Assembly (NCBI GenBank): GCA_051294375.1
Contig: CM119268.1
Location: forward strand, 2,540,063 to 2,604,062
Length of the DNA: 64,000 nt
Source: Paraspadella gotoi
Taxonomy: Eukaryota > Animalia > Chaetognatha
Reading direction: 5' to 3'
The translations under genes and the position numbers were made by a program. Within the stretch, counting starts at the first letter, position 1. Each line of letters starts with the position of its first letter. Shown one piece after another: positions 49,060-61,092 of this stretch. The notes beneath the pieces were generated by a model. The model did no database searches, was not told the DNA's origin, and saw only the letters and a list, made by a program, of their open reading frames with translations.

Positions 49060-52000
49060 TTTCTTCTTTCTTCTTTTTTCTTTCTTTCTTTCTTTTTCTT
49101 TCTTTCTTTCCTCTTCATTTCACCCCTCTCATCCTCCCTCCTCCCCCCCACAGACTCCTCCGCCCTCCTCCGCTTCCTCCCTTCTTCCTCTTCCTCTTCC
49201 CCTCCGTCTCCCTCTCCCGCTCCGGACCCAATTCCTCGGCGAAGGTCCTCTTCTCGCCCCCACCTTCCGAGCAGCCGGCCGCGGGACTCGACGGCCGGTT
49301 GGAGGTTCTCTACGACGTGGAGAAGATCGTCGACGGGGGCGAGATTCATCTCGATGAAGACGGATACTTTGTCCACTACTTCGCCCCTCGGGGGTTGAAG
49401 CCTCTCGACAAACACGTGTGAGTTTGTAAAACGATATGTAATATTTGAAAAATCTCATTTGCATATCCTAGTAAATTATATCTATCGTCACAGGTTTTGG
49501 ATTATTTTTAAAATGATTGTTATTCCAGGGTTTTAACTGAACCTCCCAGTTTATTTGTTTTTTTTAATAGAATGGGCGAGTTTGATTAATGGTGGCGAAG
49601 ATAGGCAATTGAGAAAATGTTGAGAAACAAATAAAGTTTCTTGTATTTTAAGATTACTGCAGCTTTAAGATTCCTCCAATTGATCACTATATTTTAAATT
49701 CCTCCAATTCATAGTTGATCATTTTATGTGAGATTAAGTTCTTCAATCTCAATAACAAATTGTACCTAGCAGTTATGATTACTTCTCAAGTTCTCATAGC
49801 TTATCGGAGAAACAAGGCTTAAAACTCGCTTCGTTTTAATTGTAAATTTTAAACCGTTACGTAAAGATACCCGGTTTCCCGGAAACCTTAGGTTACGTAG
49901 CTGGATTTTTAGTTTTTTAATCAGTGAAGGGAGGCGTTTTCATTATGAAGTTAATAATTTAGAAAAAACACCTGTCATATTGAAAATCAAAAAGGTATAA
50001 ATAATATTTTTTTAAAAATTGTCGCCTACTCACTTACGGTGATAAACTAGAGGTCTTTATACTTTTTAACATAGCTTTTATTTCTTCATTCATTCATTCA
50101 TCTATTCATTCATTCATTCATTCATTCATTCATTCATTCATTCATTCATTCATTCATTCAATTGATTCATTGAATTTCTCAGCTACTTCGTGCTCGACCG
50201 GAGCGGCAGCATGCGAGGCATCAAGATGCGTCAACTCAAGTCAGCGATGGAGGTCATCCTGGAGGATCTCCGCGAGACCGACTCCTTCAACCTCCTCGAC
50301 TTTGGATCCGGGTTCCGCGTCTGGACTCCCGACAGAGGCGCTGTCTCCGTTCATTACGAGTCAGTTGCTCTTATTGTTGTCATTGTCCTTATCTTATTCA
50401 AAATGTTAGTTTGTGATTATTTTTTTTGGGGGCGCTATTTATTCTTAAAATCAAATAAACAATATTGGTCACGTCTAAGAGCCCAATATTTTTCTCGTTT
50501 GCTGAGAAATCCCTTATGTATGTATGTATTTCATAACTCCTAGGGGTCCCCGGTCTCCCCCTAGAAGTCCAGTCCCCAAAATCATTCGCTCTTACTTAGT
50601 CTCCATTATTTAAATATAACAATACAAAAAATAAGGTCAACGTTGAATAGGATTTATCCGAAATCGTGTGCCTAAAACCCGAGACGCCTGGGCCGTCACG
50701 AGCACGTCGACTGACGTCGCCAGCTGACAAAGAGGATGTTATAGTCTGAGGGACTGACACTAGACAGGGACACGAAAATAAAAAGTGGGGGCGGTAGGGT
50801 GGGGGAGAGACCGAACATCTGGCGAGATTTTTCCCGCGGAGTTTGACAATGAATTTGGCGGGAGATCGAAGTCGGAAGAGAATCTCCGCGGGGTGATGGA
50901 TGGATGGATGGATGGAGGGATGTCAGCCTCGTTTGAGGATGAGGACTGAGAGGGGTCAAGAAAGATGAATAGAAGAGAAGAAAAGAAAAGAAAAGAAAAG
51001 AAAAGAAAAGAAAAGAAAAGAAAAGAAAAGAAAAGAAAAGAAAAGAAAAGAAAAGAAAAGAAAATAAAATAAAATAAAATAAAATAAAATAAAATAAAAT
51101 AAAATAAAAGAAGAAAATATGTAGAATAAATAATAAATTGAGAAAAGTGAACTGAGAGAAACATTGGCGTGTTATTATTGAGCGTTATTAATGTGCGAAT
51201 GCGTATACGAAAAAAAAGTTTTAGACCTTCCGGGACATTAACCCTGATCCAGTAGTCAAACGAAAAATGACATTTGCCTTGTCGTTCTACGTTTACAGTT
51301 ACTACAGAAACCGGTTGTTACCCACCGAAACTCCCGGAGCGGTGTCGCCCAGCCCGATTCCCGCCACGCGCGCCAACGTCGATGGCGCCAAGAATTACAT
51401 CCGGGAGATGAGGGTCTCCGGATCAACTAACATCTACGACTCTTTGGAAAAGGCGCTCAATGATATGAAGGTCGGTCGAGGGAGAGAAAGGGAGAGAAAA
51501 GAGAAAGAAATAAAGAAAAAACGGATAAAAAAGAAATAATGAATTGTAAGAAGGATAGAGAGAAAGAAAGAAAGAAAGATAGAAAGAGATATTGAAATAA
51601 GAAAGGATTAGAAGGAGAGGAAAAAAAGAATAAAAGAAAAAAAAGAAATGGGGGGAAAATATGAAGTTTTAAAAAAGATAAGTCGAATGAGAAATAAAAA
51701 TAGTTACGTCTTAGCTGAAAAATATTAAAAAATTTATAAATCCTATTTTTAACGACAGAAACAACTCCCCCACCCAATTTTCCAACAGTCCTACCAATCA
51801 GCCGGAAGTCGCAAAGTCAATCTATTAGTCTTTTTGACGGATGGTGAGGCCAACACGGGTAAGTTCTCCGAGCGAGAGGACATCATTCGCCATCTGGGGG
51901 AAATCAACAGCGACGGCGTCGCCAGCATCTTTTCGTTGGGATTCGGGTCCTGGTTGGACTTCGATTTGCTCAAGGTAGACTGTGTGTGGGTTGGTTGTGC

Positions 52001-53431
52001 GTGCGTGCGTGTGTGTGCTTGTGGTTTGTGTGCGGTTGTGTGGATTTGAAACCGAGAGTGAAATCGGTTGCGTGATTGATATTTTTATTTTCGGTTTACT
52101 ATCCATTAATTAGTTTTATTCCTGGCGTTTATAAACATTTAGTATTTATTATCGTTTTTAAAGGGGCTTATTTTTGACAATGACGAACATTTCTCATTCT
52201 GGTCCAAGTTAAAATTAAGACTAAATTAAAATAATTAAGCCTTAAATGTTTCCTTATCACTCAAAATGTTACAATTTGGTTCTAAAAATTCGTTTTTCGC
52301 GTGTCGTTATTTTTTTTTTATCGTCAGAAAACTAGTGAGTAAATTGTAAATTTTTGTAAAAGTGACTGAGCCCAAAATATTTTTATTTTTTATCAATTCA
52401 ATTTTAATCCGAATTCTGTTTTTACATCCAGTATAAAAGGAGATAGACAGACGCTGGCCTATTACCCCCTCCTTCTCATTCACCTCCTCTTCATCCTCCT
52501 CCCAGGGATTCGGCCACCAATCGCTCCCTCTATATTATTCCCATTGGTTCGACCATCTTCTGACCACCTCTTCCCATCCTACATCTCACTCTCTTCGCCC
52601 CCAACACCCCCCCAACCCCCTCGCCAGGGCCTCTCCCTCCGCAACAACGGATTCGCCCGCAAGATCTTCGAGGGCGCCGACGCCAAACTTCAACTCACGG
52701 GGTTCTACGACGAGATCTCGGATCCGCTGCTGCAGGAGCTCAGCTTCGCCTACGCGGACGAGAGAGTTGATCAGGCGTCGCTCACCGGAAGTCGATTCAA
52801 GAATTACTTCGGCGGCGGAGAGATCGTCGTCGCGGGGAGAATGAGGGTGAGTCGTCGTCGTCGTTGTTGTTATTGTGTGACCTGCGGAGTTTTAAGTTAT
52901 GGAAGTCGATTTATTGTTGTTGTTGTTGATGGTAATTTGTAGTTGTTGCAATTGTTGTTGTGTTGGTTTGTTTGTTAGTTTTTGCGGGTGTGTGTTTGTT
53001 TGTTATGTATGTGTTTGAGGCGGTGATGCGTGTGGCATTTTTAGTGATCGCGTCCCACGTCTAGTTTGTTGATTTACTTTGTAGTCGCCATCGTCATCGT
53101 TATTATTGTTGTTGTTGTAAAAGTTGTTGTTGTGAATGAAAATCCCCGAGGGTGGGCGAACTAATTTGTTATTTTTTTTGTTTTTTGCCGTTGTCCTTCC
53201 CACTGGGCGATGATATCGGTCGATGTGACCCGGAGAAAACTTGGGAGGTTTATTTACTTCTCTCGCCGCCCACTTTGTTTTTCACTAAATTTAAAATAAA
53301 AAAAACAACACATTTTTTGACACTTTTAAAGATTAAACGGTAATTAAGAGCGGGACCGAACTTTGCCTTCCCGGATGTGAATTAATTAAAAAAATAAATT
53401 GAAACTCTCTCTCTCTCTCTTCTCTCTCTCT

Positions 53432-53499
<68 letters not shown>

Positions 53500-55564
53500 C
53501 CACTCCCAGACCAAACCCTCCCTCCAACACCCCGCCGTCTTCAAGTCTCTCGTCCGCGCGAGAGGCTTCGACGGGAACTCCTCCTTCGACACTGTCCCGC
53601 CAACTCCCCCTCCGCCAATTCCGCCTTCCAGACTCCAGAGGCTCTGGGCGTACTTGACCGTGAAGGAGATGTTGAAGGAGGCGGAGTTGGCGGAGGAGAA
53701 GAAGGAGAAGAAGGAGATCGAGAAGAAGGCGTTGGATTTGGCGCTCAAGTGAGGAAAGGAGAGGAAGAAATAAAGATGGAAAGAAAGATAGATAGAAAGA
53801 ATGAAAATAAAGGAAAGAAAAAAGAGCGAGAGAAGGAAAGAGAAAAAAAAATAGTGTAAGAAAGAAAGAAAGAAAGATCAAAGGAGAGAAAGATAGAAAA
53901 AAAAAAAGGATAAACAGAAAAAAATAATGAAAAAATAAAAGAAAAATAAATAGAAAATAATGAAAGATTGAAAGAAAGACACAAAGAAAAGATGAAAACA
54001 ATGGAACAGAAAATAATAGATAGAGAGCGAGACCGCAAAAAAATAGGAACAACTTTTTCCTCTTAAAATCTTTTCTTTTCTCGTTTCTAATCTCTCTCCT
54101 TTCCTCCATATTTCTCCTCTCCCCCCCCCACCCCCTCCTCTTGAACCCCCCTTTCTCTAAACCCCTCAAGATACAACTTCGTGACTAAACTGACGTCCAT
54201 GGTGGTAACACGCCCCCCTGAGCCTAACGAGAGTGAAGAGCAGCAGCGAGTGGAGATGGAAGAGGAACGCGGTCGCACTCGCAGCACCGGTAGCTTCAGC
54301 GGCCGCGGCGGAGGCGGAGGCGGAGGCCGCGCCCGCTATTCCAGCCGCAGTCGGAACCGGGTCGTCCGTCCTTCGGCATCCTTTAATTCCTTCGCGGATT
54401 CGGATCCGCATTTCGTCGTTCGCTTCGAGGGCGTCGACGATCCTCTCTGCTTCGATCTTCAAGGTTTGAGTCTGCGAACGTTTTATAATCTAATTTGCAT
54501 ATTGAAGTTGTAATTTTCGTTTTAATTTACGGTCATGAAAGTCGGTGGTTGGGATGTTATTTAGCACGATCAAATACTCTTGTTTTAATGATTTATTCTT
54601 TGCCCACGAATAAAAAAAAGTTTCTTTGAGCGTCCGAAACTGTTAATGTGCTTTTTAAGTGTGAAATACTAAATTAACGAAAGTAAAGTACTGTTTAAGG
54701 AAAGTTACTAATTTAAAAATACTTAAATTTTACTACAAATTTTTTTCCTTTACATCCATTTTGGCCGCGCCCGACAGAAGTCACAGAACCCCGATCCTCT
54801 CGAACATACCCAATTACCCATTCCTTACTCTTCCTTCCGACAGGCCAGCCCGGTCAAGTCTGGAATCTCCTCGAATCGACCAAAGTCCATCTCTCCGGCG
54901 AAATCATCCCGGCGCCGCCGACGCCGAACGGAAAGCGGCGCTCTTATTTCGGCCGGTTCGACTTCCGGTTCGAGGGACGCCGGGTCGAGTTGCGCGTCGA
55001 CGCCGAGAAGATACGAGTCCGTAACCTTGACGACGAGAACAACAAAAAGAATAACAACAGGGAAGACGAGTTTGTCCCGTGGCGCGAAATTCGTCTCGGG
55101 GAGGACACGGTTTTCGGGGGAAAGAAGTATGAAGGCGTTGACGCAGCCGCCGCCGACGACGCCGCAAAATCCGGCGTCCTCGTCGCCCGAACCGACGAAG
55201 ACCGACTGACCTTCGTCTTTGACGGCGTCGTCGTCGCCGTCGTCCGTCATCGTCAATGGCTCGGAACCGGAAAGGGTTACGTCCGTTACGTCGGCGTCTA
55301 TCTCGTCGAGGACCGCGGGCTGAAAAAAGGGGCGACCGTGCCAGAGGGGCTGTTGGGTCGTCTGGTCGGGCGCCGAGGGCTCGTGGAGGTGGGGATGGGC
55401 GGCGCCATCTTGAAATCGGACGGGAGATCGGTGAAAGTGAGGAGAGAGAAGAGGAGAAACTTTTTGACCGGAGAAGAGAAGATGCGGTGTTGGTTCGTGC
55501 CCAACTCGGGTGAGAGGTTGTTTAAAGGGAGAGTGGAGGCATTTATTGAGAGGAAAGAGTGATG

Positions 55565-55610
<46 letters not shown>

Positions 55611-58600
55611 TCGAGTCAATGGCGAAGATTCCCGGTTTTTTATTATTTCGCTTGATGCGACTCATTGAATGAGAATCGAACTTTCGTTTCTACATCAACA
55701 TCTGACGAATGAACGAAGTCGCTTTTACAATAAGGCGTACATTTATTATCATCCTGCGCCATAATTTCTTCCCTTGCGCTACCCTTAAATCTTTATTCTT
55801 GTCAGGAAACGATCGTTTTCGATTTCGAGTCAAGTTTGTTGGTTGTTTATGCATAACAATTGATTGTAAACAGATGTAAATTAAAATGTTAACTTTTTTT
55901 GCCTACACCAAGTATTTTGTTTCAATTTTGTGTGAATTTACGTAATATTACAGGATAGTTTTAATTTACCGCTAATAAACTAATGATTGACTTTTTCTTT
56001 TACATTTTGTTCCTGAGCTACTCGCTAAAACTACATTTGGTTTTTTTTTATAGATTTTTAATTAATAATGATGCAATGATACATATCTGTAACCATTCAT
56101 CTGCGAGCGACTTCATTATCACTTTATCATACGTTAAAGTTAACCTTGTGACAGACTCACTCGTTTTACTCGTCGCCGAAGTCACGAAGTCTCCCCAGAA
56201 ATCGAAAAATCCGTAATCGTCAGCCTCGTTCTCGTAGCCGAATCCATCTACGAATCCGTCCGTCAATCCGTCCGTCAATCCGTCTCCCGAATCCGTTGTT
56301 TCGTTACCGACGTTTTCAGCCCACAAGGCGACGTCGTCGTTCGCTATCGACCGCGGGAAACGCATCGCGGAAGTTGGGCGGGCTCCTGAAGAGAGAGAGA
56401 GAGTGAGAGAGAGAGGGAGGGAGTGAGAGAGAGAGATAAAGAGAGAGAGAGGGAGGGAGTGAGAGAGAGAGGGAGAGAGAGAGAGACAGAGATAGAGAGA
56501 GAGAGGGAGAGAGAGTTTATCTGTACCATGTTAACTGTTAAATTATTGTAGGATTATTTTACCATAGAAGTTTTTGTCGCATTCGGCTGTTAATCTCTTC
56601 TCCATCTGAAAAGTGAAAAAAGGGGAAAAAAGAAACATGGATCGATTACCACAGATTTAAAGGGCCTTTATATAAAATGACATATATGAAATTATATGAA
56701 ATTATATGTTTACTACTTCATCGTTAATCCCTGAACTTAACGTCTCATTTATTCTCGCCTTAGTCTTTTATTTAAATTCTTAAGTAACTTCGAGAAGCTC
56801 GGTCGTCGAAAGTGACTCGGACAACGCGAGTTCGAATCCCGCTCGTCGCTGAAAATACAAAGACGATCTTCCCTTTCCTCTCTCTTTCCTCTCTTATTCT
56901 AATCTTCCTACAGATCCGTTCAGCCTTTTTTTAACTTCCCTATTTGTCTCCTTTAAAACAATGTAAAACGGGAGGGGAGGGGAGGAGAGAGAGAGAGAGA
57001 GAGTGAGAGAGAAAGAGAGAGAGAGAGAGTGAGAGAGTGTGAGAGTGAGTTAACGGCCAGAGTCTTTGGCAAAAATAATTGACCAGTGGATCGGCGAATC
57101 GTCTTCCCCACAATCTGATTATTTCCTTGAATCCCTTTCCAAACCTTTTCTTAACCCACCTTCCCCTTCCCTCACCTCGCATCGCCTCTCCTTACCCTCC
57201 CCTCACCATCATTTTCTCCTCCAAGTCCATCTCTTGATGCTGCGCGCACTTGAAGGCGCAGCAGTGATAAGAATAGGTAAGTCGCGCCGTCTCCAGTTTG
57301 TCCAAATGAAAAACGGGTGGGAATCGGGTGAGGGTCTTCACGTCGAGGAGGATCAAGTGGACGAGCGTGTGGAGGTGGTGCGGGGGAAGTTTGTGGATGG
57401 CCGTGTGGGAGAGGTCGCTGGGGTGGGGAGTTGTTTTGTTTTTAAAGAATATAAAAATTGTTAAATGTGTTTTTATATATCTTTAAATCTAATTTAATCT
57501 TTTAATTTAACCCCTTCAATTACTCTGCGTACTAAAATCGAATAATTCAGAAACGTGGTCAAAAATCACTGAGGACATTCGAAAAACAAAAAAAACAAAA
57601 AACGCATTGAGGAAACTCACAGGGTATTTATTTGCACGATTCCTTCGAAGGCGGACTTGTGAATGGAAGTGAGTTTGGGATTGTCACGGAGAAATCTGAC
57701 GTTGAAAAGGCAATGCGTGATTTACTTTGGATCAAATTCACAATTTCTCTCTCTCTTATTTCACTTCGACTAACAATTTATCGATGGTTGCCCCGTAAAA
57801 ACTTTTCCTTCCTATTCGCCTGATGTCGTTGAATTGCAGAAATCTAAAGAGTCAAAAAAGTATTTATTTTTCCAAATTGATTAGTTTGACTCACTCGTTA
57901 AAATTATTAAAGGAAACCTTTTCAAGCATATTATTGGTTAAAGTGAATACAAATTTTACATCACAAGATTTTCGAAATAATGGTCGACGCTGTATGTGAA
58001 TTTTAATAATATAAGATAACTTGAAAGAGATAATTTTCTAATTATTTTATTTTAACACGACTTTGAGTTAACTGAATCCATCTTTCAGAAAATAAAATTA
58101 ATTCTATTTGTAGATAATGACAAAATATGATAAAATTAGTATTAGAAAAAAACCCCGCAATATACTCGGTATTAATAAAACAAAGAAAATTTATCCAGTG
58201 TCCATCGTCATTCGTCATTCGTCAACATAACAAACTTTAAATCCTTACGAAACCTTACTCAATACTTATTCAATACTTACTCAATTCTCATACTCAATAG
58301 TCAATACTCACAGTTGACCAACTTTGAGATATTTAAAATCGTAGCTTCGTACGGCGTCGATTCGATTTGATTCGAGATCTCTGAAATAAATTGAACAAGA
58401 CTTTTATTTTATTTGATAAATACACATTATAATTTATATATAACTATAAAACGTTGACTCACAGATACTCCAAAATGTTGCCATTTGCTGTCACGTTGGT
58501 CAAGTCAGGAACTCGCGTAATTCCAGAGTAAACGATCTTTCTGAAATTGATAACAAATATTTGTGAAAATTTAATTCTATGAATGGGAAATTAACAAAAA

Positions 58601-61092
58601 AAACATTTCTCACATGCGACGAATTTTAGGTGAGTGAGAAAAGCTTCCATCCTCGACTTCTGTGAGAGATGGACAAGTTGTGATTTCGCTAAAAAGAAAG
58701 ATATATTTTTTTCAATTACCTATATATAATAATTTCTGTAATATCTAGTGAACATTTTATTAAATCACAAACCGCGAGTGACCAATGCAACTCACAAAGT
58801 CTCCAAGTCAACCATTCCTCTTAAGGCATCCGCCTCGATGCGTCGCAAAGCTGCACTGTTGCAAACCGATCTGAATTGAAATTGAATTGAATCTTCTGAA
58901 TTGAAAGCGTTTTTGATAGAAACGATCTGAATTGAAATTGAATTGAACTGATCTGAATTGAAAGCGTTTGTGATTGAATCGATCTGAATTGAATTGAACT
59001 GAATCGATCTGAATTGAAAGCGTTTGTGATTGAATCGCTCTGAATTGAATTGAATAGAATCTATCAGAATTGAAAGCGTTTTCGATTGAATCGATCTGAA
59101 TTGAATTGAACTGAATCGATCTGAATTGAAAACGTTTGTGATTAAATCGCTCTGAATTGAATTGAATCGATCTAAATTGAAAGCGTTTGTGATTTTAATT
59201 AAACTCGTAATCCACTTATTCAATGTTTGTAATCAACTAACATTTCTTGAAGAAAAGGGAAATTTTTCAATTGATTCGAGCCGAAATATTTCATTGGCGT
59301 CGACTCGATTACCCTGAGCAAAAAAGAAACAATGTAAATAAATTAAATTAAATTGTTTTAATTATTGTATTAACAATGTAAATAAATTAATTTAAATTGT
59401 TTTAATTATTGTATTAACAATGTAAGTAAATTAAATTAAACTGTTTTAATTATTATATTAAAACTGAAGAAAACTCACAATGTTCTCATGCTCTTGGGAA
59501 GACCTGTAGGAATCGTAACGACTTCTTCTCCACAGTAAACCTAAAAAAATTGTTCAAAAATTATTTATAAATAAATATTTATTTCACTAAAAATATAGAT
59601 AAGTTTTTGTGATAATGGTGATAACTTACTTGCTCAAAAGTAAGGCCTTCTGTGGCGCTGCTTCTCTTTGAGTCGGACATATGCACTTTCTCGCAAATGC
59701 AGCTGCTGCAGTTGTAGACCTGCGATTTGGCGAAAAATTGAGCAAAGCTTTATACATGCATTATATTAACTTAATACTTTACTTAGTTAAGAAGATAAAA
59801 TCTAAAATGTTACGCAGAGAGCCATAAAACTTCCAGACTAGTTCATTAGGTTTACGTATTTCTACCCAGAATACAAAAAAACTTTTCCCCAAAATGTTTT
59901 GAACACATTGGTGAGGTTAGCTAATAGCATTGACGTAGACTCTACGCATTAGAGGCTATTTCAAAAGAGTATGGTGGACTAAAATCCACAAACCGTTAAT
60001 CAGCGGCCATTGGTGCCGGAGGCAAGTCATTCGCCTCCCAACCCAAAGGTCCGGGGTTCTAGCCCGGTGGTCGTCTGGCAGTTAAGAGGGATGGGGCGCT
60101 TAACCCGCCTGTAACATGGTGTTACAGCCTGATCCGAAGCTCAGGGACTGCTTATATTGATCGGTTTTGTCATTAACACTTATCAATAATTACTGTCTCT
60201 TCATTGGTGAGCCCGACTTCCGAACACAACAGCAACAACAACACTTTCAGGCGACATGCCTCAACCTGGCGATGCACTTTCCGCCCACAACACATCAGGC
60301 GACATGCCTCAACTTGGTGACGAACTTTCCTTCAACAACAATTCACTGAAGAGATGCAACAGACTTCTCTCTACGGGAGGGGGGGATGTACGGTGGACTA
60401 AAATCCACCAACTGTTCATCAGCGACCATGTTGCCGCCTCCCAACCCAAAGGTCCGGGGTTCTAGCTCGGTGGTCGTCTGGCAGTTAAGAGGGACGGGGC
60501 GCTTAACCCGCCTGTAACATGGTGTTACAGCCTGATCCGAAGCTCAGGGACTGCTTATATTGAACGGTTCTGTCATTAACACTTATCAATAATTACTGTC
60601 TCTTCAAGAGTTTATTTTGCTGAGTGTTCTTTCCTTGTATTAAATAGAAAAGAATTGTAAATCCCCTTTTCTTAAAGTATTAAAAATCTGACCTAATTAA
60701 TTAAACTTATTAATCCGATTTTGCCTCACATTACATAGACGATAATTTATCTATAAAAGTTTTTTCACGAAATATCAAATAGAAAATTATCGAATACTAA
60801 TAAATTGACAAAAGTTCTATAACTCATTAATAATCAAACGACGATTAAAAGTTCATAGCATAATTTTATAAAGTCATAATCAATGTGTCATAGTAAATTC
60901 ATTTTTTTAAACTCTAATTTAAATTAATATAAAGTTATACAAAGTTACAAACTAAACCTGTTCGCTAAATATTAGTAAAACCAAAATAAATAAACTCACG
61001 TCTCTGCCGTGAGGATGCAAACCGCACAACGATTCCGCGTTTCCAAAGAGAAAAACAAACAAAATCGGCGCGAAAACTCTTCCGGGCGACAT
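42847..61092 (-). CDS. Glycoprotein hormone receptor-type LRR-containing GPCR (type A LGR; FSHR/TSHR/LHCGR/LGR1-like)
   Basis: Signal exon ~60999-61092, Cys-rich cap exons, a series of ~70-75-bp phase-2 LRR exons (57.6-59.3 kb), hinge LTYSYHCCAF (~57270), GFGYE (~56235) and AFNPCEDIM (~45860). TM motifs: SKFLILNLGVADF, YFNFAIDWQHGMGCQVAG, ERWYAI, TCLPMD, DATVAKRMAVLVFTDF.CWFPI, CANPFLYAVFTK. Stop at 42847-42849. Two 1-nt indels must be assumed. Confidence 0.93.
45926..46259 (-). mobile_element. Intronic element with tRNA-like A/B boxes (SINE or second Pol III LTR family)
   Basis: Minus-strand A-box-like TAGCGCACTGG (46214-46224) and B-box-like GGATTCTATCCC (46179-46190), several hairpins, and a flanking direct repeat TAATGA (45920-45925, 46260-46265). 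The flanking LGR exons join in frame without it. Confidence 0.5.
47926..55562 (+). CDS. ITIH: Inter-alpha-trypsin inhibitor heavy chain-like protein (VIT + VWA + C-terminal propeptide), nested in an LGR intron
   Basis: Ten exons: signal peptide; VIT domain (HRYAVTRV, FDVTLPESAFISNFSMTIDG, YEELLRRKRG); DGYFVHYFAP; VWA MIDAS DRSGSM, GSTNI, FLTDG; NNGFARKIFEGADAKLQLTGFYDEISDPLL; RLWAYLTV; ALKYNFVTKLTSMVV; SDPHFVV; LCFDL. Confidence 0.95.
50980..51108. repeat. Compound (AAAAG)n(AAAAT)n microsatellite; representative of many SSRs ((AG)n, (ATTT)n ~32511-32592, (ATTC)n ~50085-50160)
   Basis: Read directly. Confidence 0.95.
58867..59195. repeat. ~45-bp intronic minisatellite (GATCTGAATTGAAAGCGTTTGTGATTGAATC core)
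   Basis: About 7 imperfect units filling an LGR intron; a separate ~3x41-bp AT-rich repeat lies at ~59330-59460. Confidence 0.85.
59970..60606 (+). mobile_element. Essentially complete TRIM (miniature LTR retrotransposon) with tRNA-like sequence in its LTRs
   Basis: 5' LTR 59970-60203 (terminal TG apparently missing), PBS TGGTGAGCCCGAC 60205-60217, non-coding interior, PPT 60375-60386, 3' LTR TGTACGG...CTCTTCA 60387-60606. AGAG lies on both flanks (59966-59969, 60607-60610). Located in LGR intron 1. Confidence 0.92.
60003..60074 (+). promoter_or_regulatory. tRNA-derived internal Pol III promoter within the TRIM LTR (not a functional tRNA)
   Basis: 72 nt; acceptor-like stem GCGGCCA/TGGTCGT, A-box-like TGGTGCCGGAGG, T-arm CCGGG-GTTCTAG-CCCGG with B-box-like GGTTCTAGCCC; the anticodon stem is poorly paired. 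Confidence 0.75.

Noticed and set aside
60003-60074. Functional tRNA-Gly(CCC) gene
   Set aside because: The anticodon and D stems do not pair properly, and every copy sits inside the LTR repeat.
59970-60203. Hammerhead or other small ribozyme in the LTR (retrozyme)
   Set aside because: Hairpins are present, but I found no CUGANGA/GAAA core or other recognisable ribozyme topology.
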